A stretch of 56,167 bases of DNA from assembly GCA_016930295.1 (NCBI GenBank), contig JAFGHE010000269.1:1-56167 (forward strand). The letters are read 5' to 3'. Both the position numbers and the translations under genes were made by a program. Positions 28,671 through 36,022 of the stretch are shown here, one piece after another. Below the pieces are notes generated by a model. It worked only from the letters and a program-made list of their open reading frames with translations. It was not told the DNA's origin and made no database searches. The stretch's first letter is position 1. Every line of letters starts with the position of its first letter. Origin of the DNA: Sedimentisphaerales bacterium (lineage in GTDB: Bacteria > Planctomycetota > Phycisphaerae > Sedimentisphaerales > SM23-30).

Positions 28671-30701
28671 ATGAAGCATTTACGAAATTTAATTTTATAT
28701 AGTGCGATGGCCTGGGTGCTGTCGGGTATGGTGTATGCGGTTAACCCGTCCAGCCGTCCCGGCATGGGCGCTATACCCTACGATACGGGCACGACGTTTC
28801 GTGTCTGGGCCCCGAATGCACCTTCAATAAGTGTCGTCGGCAGTTTCAACGGATGGAATGCCAATTCAAATCCGCTCGCTGATGAAGGCGACGGCTTGTG
28901 GTCGGCGGATGTCACTGGTGCCGAAATCCTTGATCAATATAAGTATTACATCGATGGACTGTGGAAGACCGATCCTCGTGCCCGGGATGTTGTCAGTTCG
29001 GTGGGCAACGGCATCATTGTTGGTAACAGCTATGGCTGGACAGCTTATACTCCTCCGTCGTGGAATGATATGGTTATCTATGAAATGCATATCGGTACAT
29101 ACTATGATGCACCCGGCGGCAGTCCCGGTACCTGGCAGCTGGCCATGTCCAGACTGGACCATATTCAAGCCCTGGGTGTGAACGCCGTGGAGATTATGCC
29201 GGTTTCTGAGTTCCCGGGCGATTATTCCCTGGGCTACAATCCTGTCAATCTTTTTGCTCCGGAAAGCGCTTATGGCAGTCCCTATCAAATGCGAAGTTTC
29301 ATTGATGCCTGCCATCAGCGTGGGATGGCTGTTCTGATTGATGTGGTTTACAGCCACCTGGGGCCCACGGATCTGGATCAATCTCTGTGGCAATTTGATG
29401 GATTCAGCACGTATCCCGATACCGGTGGTATCTATTTCTATGAAGACGACAATCGCTATACCCCATGGGGTGATACGCGTCCGAATTATTTGACCAGTGA
29501 AGTACGTTCGTTCCTCTGTGATAACGTGTTGTATTGGCTCGATGATTATAATATGGATGGTGTGAGGATGGACGGAACCGCGTATATCCGGGAACGAGAC
29601 ATTGGGGGGCCGGATATCCCCGAAGGATGGTCGCTGATGCAATGGATTAATGATGAAGTTGATGCCGCCGATGCCCAGAAACTTTGTATTGCCGAAGATA
29701 TGCGAGACAATGACTGGATTACCAAAACGACCGGCGAGGGTGGAGCCGGTTTTGATTCCCAATGGGATGCCCGATTTCATCATAAGGTTGTACCGGCCCT
29801 GACCACTTCCGATGATCAGTATCGGAACATGTGGGAAGTCAGCGATGCGATCACCCATCTGTATAATGGCTGGGACACGCAGCGGGTCATTTATACCGAA
29901 AGCCACGATGAAGTGGGTTTGTCCAGCGGAAAATCCCGGGTGCCGGAACAAATCTGGCCGGGCAATGCGGACAGTTATTATTCGAAAAAGCGTTCTACCC
30001 TGGGGGCCGGCCTGGTATTTACCTCACCGGGTATTCCCATGATATTTATGGGTCAGGAGTTCCTGGAAGACGGTTCCTGGCACGATGATGACCCCCTGGA
30101 TTGGTCCAAGGATACGACCTTCGCCGGAATTAAACTGCTTTATACTCATTTGATCGGATTGCGGCGTAATTTTGCGGGTCATACTCTGGGTTTACTGGCC
30201 AGGAACGTCCATGTCTTTCATGTCAATGACACCGATAAAGTGATAGCGTTCCATCGATGGTGGAATGGAGGTCCCGGAGATGATACCATCATTGTGGCCA
30301 ACTTTTCCTATCAGGGGATCAGTGATTATAATATTGGGATGCCGCGGGGCGGACGATGGCGCGTACGGTTCAACAGTGACTGGAGTGGCTACGATCCGGA
30401 ATTTGGAGATTGGAGTTCCGGCGACACGTATGCCGGATCCGGCGTCAAAGACGGCCTGGATTATAATGCGAACGTGGGGGTTGGTCCGTATTCGATCATC
30501 ATTCTCTCCCAGGGTACCGGCCCGGATATTGATGAAAACGGAAAAGTAACTTTGGAAGACTTTGAGGTATTGGCGGATCAATGGCAAAACGGATGTGATG
30601 ATTGGGATTCATGCGGGGGGGCAGATTATAATATGAGCGGGCAGGTGGATATGATCGATCTGTTTGCCTTCGTGTCAGAGTGGCTCGATGGTACCGAATA
30701 A
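28671..30701 (+). CDS. Secreted GH13 alpha-amylase-family enzyme (CBM48 + branching enzyme/TreZ-like core) with double dockerin-like tail
   Basis: RBS AGGTGA; signal peptide; TTFRVWAPNA; IYEMHIG; DVVYSH; GVRMDG; IAED; ESHDEV; GIPMIFMGQEF; DIDENGKVTLEDF...DYNMSGQVDMIDL. Confidence 0.88.
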   Translation: MKHLRNLILYSAMAWVLSGMVYAVNPSSRPGMGAIPYDTGTTFRVWAPNAPSISVVGSFNGWNANSNPLADEGDGLWSADVTGAEILDQYKYYIDGLWKTDPRARDVVSSVGNGIIVGNSYGWTAYTPPSWNDMVIYEMHIGTYYDAPGGSPGTWQLAMSRLDHIQALGVNAVEIMPVSEFPGDYSLGYNPVNLFAPESAYGSPYQMRSFIDACHQRGMAVLIDVVYSHLGPTDLDQSLWQFDGFSTYPDTGGIYFYEDDNRYTPWGDTRPNYLTSEVRSFLCDNVLYWLDDYNMDGVRMDGTAYIRERDIGGPDIPEGWSLMQWINDEVDAADAQKLCIAEDMRDNDWITKTTGEGGAGFDSQWDARFHHKVVPALTTSDDQYRNMWEVSDAITHLYNGWDTQRVIYTESHDEVGLSSGKSRVPEQIWPGNADSYYSKKRSTLGAGLVFTSPGIPMIFMGQEFLEDGSWHDDDPLDWSKDTTFAGIKLLYTHLIGLRRNFAGHTLGLLARNVHVFHVNDTDKVIAFHRWWNGGPGDDTIIVANFSYQGISDYNIGMPRGGRWRVRFNSDWSGYDPEFGDWSSGDTYAGSGVKDGLDYNANVGVGPYSIIILSQGTGPDIDENGKVTLEDFEVLADQWQNGCDDWDSCGGADYNMSGQVDMIDLFAFVSEWLDGTE

Positions 30702-30716
30702 GACGGAAAGACCTGG

Positions 30717-33116
30717 ATGTTATTAACTACTTATATTAAAAAGAGATTTGGCTTTAGCCTGAAACAGATGGAGGTATTATTTGCCTTGATTTTGTTTATG
30801 TTGATATGCCTGGGAGGGACAGGGAGAGCAACCATTGCGATTCCGGCTGATTATACCGGAGATCAAAAAGTAACGCTGGCCGACTTTTCAGTAGTTGCCG
30901 AGAACTGGCTGGAGTTTACTGATACGGACGATTTAGACCGGTGTATTTTCCATTGGCTGATGGATGCGACTGTGGCACCGGAGGTATCCATACAGACGGT
31001 CTATACCGATAAATCGCGGTATGAACCGGGCCAGCAGAGTGTTATTACCGTAATCTGCAGTAACGATTCCGACAGTGCGTATCAGGGCTGGTTAAGCCTG
31101 AACATCACGCATCATGGACATTCTGTTCATACCAACAGGCAGGGGATATCGATTGATGCGTTTGGGTCCGACACGAAAACATTTGCGTGGACTGTCCCGG
31201 CGTCGGATTTTGAAGGGTATCTGGTTGAGGCGTGGCTTAATAATGGCGCCTGTGTCGTGACAGCCATCGATGTCTCAAGTGACTGGAAAAGGTATCCCCG
31301 TTATGGCTATGTTACGGAGTTTTATTCTTCAACATCCACCGGCAGAAATACCGAGATAATGGACGAACTCTCGCGGGATTACCACATCAACAGCCTGCAG
31401 TATTACGACTGGATGTGGCGGCATGAAAATGTAATCAAGCGAAATTATGTGGGCAACATTCTTTCTCCCTGGCTCGATTGGAGAGGCGCGAGTATTTCCT
31501 TTGATATTTTACAGGACTCGATCGCCAAGGCGAATGCCAGAGCGATGGCGCCGATGTCCTATTTCCAGATTTATCTGGGATTGGATGATTACGAGGCGAT
31601 CAGCGGGGTGAGCCCCCAGTGGGGACTGTATGCGGACACCGGTCATACGAACCAATATTATCATGATGCCGGAGTCTATATGTGGCTGTTTAATCCGGGC
31701 AATAGCAATTGGCAAAACCATCTGTTCGGTGAATATGAAGATGCGCTGGTGACGATGAATTGGGCCGGCATTCATCTGGATCAATTGGGCAATATCGGGG
31801 GAGGTGTTTATTACGATTATTGGGGCGGCGGGATCAATCTGGTATCTGCTTTGGGAAATATGCTGGATAACAGCAAGGACGAGCTTGATACACTGGAAAC
31901 GGTCTATCCCGAGGTGCAGGGACGTGACGCGCTGATTTTTAATATTGTCGATGGGGGCGTGGGCTATTGGGCAGTGGACACTGTCCTGGCGAGCAATGTG
32001 GATGTGATCTACAGTGAGTTATGGGGGAATTACACCTATGGCGGGGTCAAAGATTTTGTAAGGTATGCCCGGGCCAATTCCGGCGGGAAAGCCGTTATCC
32101 TGGCAGCCTATATCAATCAGGGTGAAGAGACAGGCGGATATTTTGATGCGGATAGTGTGCTGCTGGCCGATGCCGCTTTTTTTGCCTGTGGCGCGTTTCA
32201 CCTTGAATTGGGTGATGGTGAATATATGCTTGCTCAGGAATATTTTCCGGCTCGTGACAAGCTTATCGGTGATGACCTGAGGGCCCGGCTCAGAGATTAT
32301 TACAACTTTATAACGGCCTATGAGAGGTTATTATTTGACCCTGATTTAAGATGTGGTGATGGCGGTCTGCAGTGGATATCCGCGACCGGATACAGTCTCT
32401 CGGGTGACGGTTATGGGAATACACTTTGGTTTTTGAACCGCGGCACGGGCACCTTTGAGATATTTCATCTAATCAATCTTCTGGGCAATGACAATCAGTG
32501 GCGTAATGTCGCCGCTACTCCGGCCGTGCAGCAGGACATTCCTGTGAAGCTTCGGTTAGGTCCCGATGCGGATGTTACGGGAGTTTACCTTGCTTCGCCG
32601 GACTCGGACGGCGGCATCTTGCACTCGATCCCCTATACCCTGGGATCGGATTCTCAGGGAGACTATGTATCCATTACCGTGCCGCGTCTTGAGTATTGGG
32701 ATATGATTTACGTCGAACGAACGGTCAATCCCCCTGCCAATGATCGCTATGAGGCCGAGGATGCGAACAAATGGTATGTGGGGGTCAATACCGACCACGG
32801 CGGATATTCCGGTACGGGATTTGTTGATCAGTATGCCGAGGTCAACGACAGTGTTAATTTCTATGTTGTGATTCCCCAGGCCGGGGATTATACGTTTACG
32901 TTCCGATATGCCAACGGCGATTCCAATGGAGACAGAAGTCTGATCGTCAACGGAGATATTCAGGGCGATATCAATTTTAACACTACGGGCAATTGGGATA
33001 CCTGGAGCACCGGCACCCGGGAAGTTTCTTTGGAACCGGGCGTCCATCAGGTGACGTTGTATTATGGTTCCTGGAACAGCGGGGCGATCAACCTGGATTA
33101 TCTGGAAATTCAATGA
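30717..33116 (+). CDS. GH66 dextranase / cycloisomaltooligosaccharide glucanotransferase-family enzyme with N-terminal dockerin-like repeat and C-terminal CBM35/CBM6-like module
   Basis: TDKSRYEPG, AIDVSSDWKRYPRYGY, INSLQYYDWMWRH, GIHLDQLG, YSELW, HLELGDG, DYYNFITAYE; RYEAEDA...GYSGTGFV...NLDYL. Confidence 0.9.
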   Translation: MLLTTYIKKRFGFSLKQMEVLFALILFMLICLGGTGRATIAIPADYTGDQKVTLADFSVVAENWLEFTDTDDLDRCIFHWLMDATVAPEVSIQTVYTDKSRYEPGQQSVITVICSNDSDSAYQGWLSLNITHHGHSVHTNRQGISIDAFGSDTKTFAWTVPASDFEGYLVEAWLNNGACVVTAIDVSSDWKRYPRYGYVTEFYSSTSTGRNTEIMDELSRDYHINSLQYYDWMWRHENVIKRNYVGNILSPWLDWRGASISFDILQDSIAKANARAMAPMSYFQIYLGLDDYEAISGVSPQWGLYADTGHTNQYYHDAGVYMWLFNPGNSNWQNHLFGEYEDALVTMNWAGIHLDQLGNIGGGVYYDYWGGGINLVSALGNMLDNSKDELDTLETVYPEVQGRDALIFNIVDGGVGYWAVDTVLASNVDVIYSELWGNYTYGGVKDFVRYARANSGGKAVILAAYINQGEETGGYFDADSVLLADAAFFACGAFHLELGDGEYMLAQEYFPARDKLIGDDLRARLRDYYNFITAYERLLFDPDLRCGDGGLQWISATGYSLSGDGYGNTLWFLNRGTGTFEIFHLINLLGNDNQWRNVAATPAVQQDIPVKLRLGPDADVTGVYLASPDSDGGILHSIPYTLGSDSQGDYVSITVPRLEYWDMIYVERTVNPPANDRYEAEDANKWYVGVNTDHGGYSGTGFVDQYAEVNDSVNFYVVIPQAGDYTFTFRYANGDSNGDRSLIVNGDIQGDINFNTTGNWDTWSTGTREVSLEPGVHQVTLYYGSWNSGAINLDYLEIQ

Positions 33117-35773
33117 AAATCGCTAAAACATTTATCCTTTGTCATTTGGTCTTTTCACCGTTTGCCTTTTCACAGGTTTTCACGACGTATCATTGGCATT
33201 TACAACAGCCGATTTATTGGCCGGAAACGAGTAACTGGGACAATCATACCTATCAGAAGGCATACGAAAGTATGATCATCGGCGCTGCACACCCCGAGAA
33301 TGATTTGGATCAGATTTTCGGAAAGGCCGATCGCGTCGCAGCCTATCAATATCGGATTCGTGATGCGATCGGGACAATCCAGCAAACCGATGGGGGGGCA
33401 CAGATTTCGTATTCGGGGTGTTTGGTTGAAAATGTGGCAAGCCTGGCAAACGCCGGCTCACTCGGCTATTACACCGGCTGGGAGAATGCCAATCGTGAAG
33501 CGCGAAACTGGTTCACGTCCGGAGGGCATCGCAAACTGGATATCGTAATATTTCCCTACCATCATGTTTTGGGTCCCTTGGTTGATGAGCGAGCGCTGCG
33601 CAAGGAAATTCAAATTTATAAGGAATTATACCCTGATATTTGGGGAAATGACGTTTCGGTGGGTTATTTTCCGGCAGAACTTTCGTTTACGGAACGGATG
33701 ATTCAAGTGCTGGTGGAAGAGGGCATTGAGTGGGTGTTTGTACCGAACAATCATGTTTCCAGGGCATGCGAGAATTTTCCCCTCACCCTGGGAACGGGCG
33801 GCGAGATGTGTGATCCACCCAATTTGGCGGATATACTGAATCCTCCGCAATCGAACTGGTTTTCCAAAACCATTGATCGCGGTTGTACACCGACCAATGC
33901 CTATCCGTTTGCGTATCAGCCCCATAAGGCGAAATATGTCAATCCTGAAACTGGTCAGGAATATAAAATTACGGTAGTGCCGGTGGCCCAGGCGATGAGC
34001 TGGTCCGATGGGTATCAGCAATACGGAACGGGAGACATTGATCAAATTGCCTGGGCAGCCGGTGAGAACGATCCGATTCTGGTAGTGCTCGCCCACGACG
34101 GAGATAACGCTTATGGCGGGGGGTATTCGTATTATATGGAAAGTGTCCGACAATTTTGCAATGCGGCGGCGGCTGCCGGCTATGTGCCGACGGTTATGGA
34201 ACAATACCTTCAACAGTATCCGGTTTCAGACTCTGATGTCATTCATGTGGAAGACGGTTCGTGGGTGAATGCAGACGGTGATTTCGGGTCCCCGGATTTT
34301 ATCAATTGGAACTGGCCCCTTTTTGATCAGAATGGACAATTTGACATAGCCAATGGCTGGGCGGAAGATGAGAGAAACTGGGCCGTCATCACAGCGGCGC
34401 AAAACCGGGTGGAAACGGCCGAGCAGATTGCCGGCGGTGTGAATATAGCGCAAATTCAAAATCCCGACAGTTCGGCATCCAACGCTGAATTGGCATGGCA
34501 TTTTTTCCTGCCGTCACTGACGAGTGGATATATGTATTACGGTACGGCGCTGGATATGGAAGTCAAGCCGACGATTGCATGTAACAATGCCATTGCCAAG
34601 GCAAATCTGGTGATTGGCGATGGTTTACAGGATCAGACGCCCCCGACGATCTGGATTCCGCAGCAGCTGCCGCACAATCCGGGCGGAACCGGTTTTGGAT
34701 CGCTTTGGGGGTATCAGGCGGTTGAGCATATGCGAGATTTTTGGGTCTGGACATTTGTTTCGGATGTCTCCGGCGTGGCGGAGGTGACCTTGAAATATCG
34801 AATTGATAATGACGGCGCCAATCCCCTCTCATCAAACCAGAATGAAACCTATGCTGGCGGAAGTGAGGTGGGTTCATGGGTGAGTCTGCCGATGCAGTTT
34901 CGCGATTTTCCGGCTGAAAATGTTTACAATAATCCGGACATCGATTTCTTTGAAATGCCGATCGAAATCGCCGATCAGTATTTTATTCATGTCGAAGAGC
35001 CGGCCATTGTCGATGAAGGCGGCGTGCTGGTGGACTATTTTGTCCAGGCCACGGATACCAATGGTTATATCAAACGCTCCCCGATTTTACACACGTTCGT
35101 TGGAACCGGCGGCACGGGCGGCGGTAATCCGGATGATGATTTTGTGATGGATGGCTCGTTAGATGAAAATGCACAATTTATCGGCTCTGAAAATGCGGTT
35201 GATTTTTACGCCGACTGGAATGATGTGCAATTGTATGTTGCCTGTGATCCGGCTGTCAATGAAGATCATTTTATTTTTATTTCGGATGGTAATTCTTCGA
35301 TGGGCTCTGCGCCATGGGCCAAATCAGGCTCGGTTGTGCAGTGGCAGGCCTATTTGGGTAATGAATCTACCAATGGCTGGAGCGGCTGGTTTGATGGCGG
35401 CAGCCAGCAGGTACGAGGAACCGTTTTAGAGGGAGTGCTCGATTGGAATGCAGAATTCGGAGTGATGCCGGAATTTGTTTTTCTGGCTATGGGTGCTTAT
35501 CAGACCCAGGATGGGGGCAGTCTGCAATTTCAGATTCCGGCAGGGAATGGAGATGGAGATATCGACATTTCAGAGTTTCATATGTTAAATCTGCGTGGTG
35601 ATCTGAATTTCGATGGAAGAATCGATATGAAAGACTTTGCCGTCTTTGCGACTCATTGGATGGAAAATAACTGTAATGAAGTTAATAACTGGTGCGGCGG
35701 GGCAGACTTGAATCATGTCAATGACGTGAACATCGAGGATTTTGCTGAGTTCGCTTCCTGTTGGTTAAAGTAG
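33113..35773 (+). CDS. GH119/GH57-like alpha-amylase, secreted, with CBM9/DOMON-like module and double dockerin-like tail
   Basis: ATGA overlap with GH66; HWHLQQP; GYFPAELSFTERMI...NNHVSR; VLAHDGDN; VEDGSW; DLNFDGRIDMKDF...DLNHVNDVNIEDF. Confidence 0.72.
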   Translation: MKIAKTFILCHLVFSPFAFSQVFTTYHWHLQQPIYWPETSNWDNHTYQKAYESMIIGAAHPENDLDQIFGKADRVAAYQYRIRDAIGTIQQTDGGAQISYSGCLVENVASLANAGSLGYYTGWENANREARNWFTSGGHRKLDIVIFPYHHVLGPLVDERALRKEIQIYKELYPDIWGNDVSVGYFPAELSFTERMIQVLVEEGIEWVFVPNNHVSRACENFPLTLGTGGEMCDPPNLADILNPPQSNWFSKTIDRGCTPTNAYPFAYQPHKAKYVNPETGQEYKITVVPVAQAMSWSDGYQQYGTGDIDQIAWAAGENDPILVVLAHDGDNAYGGGYSYYMESVRQFCNAAAAAGYVPTVMEQYLQQYPVSDSDVIHVEDGSWVNADGDFGSPDFINWNWPLFDQNGQFDIANGWAEDERNWAVITAAQNRVETAEQIAGGVNIAQIQNPDSSASNAELAWHFFLPSLTSGYMYYGTALDMEVKPTIACNNAIAKANLVIGDGLQDQTPPTIWIPQQLPHNPGGTGFGSLWGYQAVEHMRDFWVWTFVSDVSGVAEVTLKYRIDNDGANPLSSNQNETYAGGSEVGSWVSLPMQFRDFPAENVYNNPDIDFFEMPIEIADQYFIHVEEPAIVDEGGVLVDYFVQATDTNGYIKRSPILHTFVGTGGTGGGNPDDDFVMDGSLDENAQFIGSENAVDFYADWNDVQLYVACDPAVNEDHFIFISDGNSSMGSAPWAKSGSVVQWQAYLGNESTNGWSGWFDGGSQQVRGTVLEGVLDWNAEFGVMPEFVFLAMGAYQTQDGGSLQFQIPAGNGDGDIDISEFHMLNLRGDLNFDGRIDMKDFAVFATHWMENNCNEVNNWCGGADLNHVNDVNIEDFAEFASCWLK

Positions 35774-35888
35774 TAACGCTAAAGTGTAACTTAGTTAAGT
35801 GGACAACTGAATGCGAGTAAAAATAAGCTTAGCAACTTAAGCAAAATTGCGGGTTATTTATCTCGCTTTTTTATTTCCTGAAAATTTT

Positions 35889-35945
35889 CAGAAAGCGGTC
35901 GCAAACAGGAAAGATCTTGACAGTTCACGTTGATTATATTAATAT
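35889..35945 (+). promoter_or_regulatory. Degenerate LacI-type site plus sigma70 promoter of the GH16 gene
   Basis: CAGAAAGCGGTCGCAA (12/16 match to the 5457 operator), 12 nt upstream of TTGACA-17 nt-TAATAT. Confidence 0.45.
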
Positions 35946-36022
35946 GATCATAATCCCAGGAAAAAAACTATTTTAAAGAGATGAAATAAGACGTATCCGT
36001 ATAAATCAAAAAAGGTAATATT

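Noticed and set aside
32993-33112. Upstream extension of the GH119-like ORF (also the extended starts given for 806, 5741, 24644 and 45849)
   Set aside because: Downstream ATGs have an RBS or stop-start overlap and place the signal peptide or TM anchor at the N-terminus.
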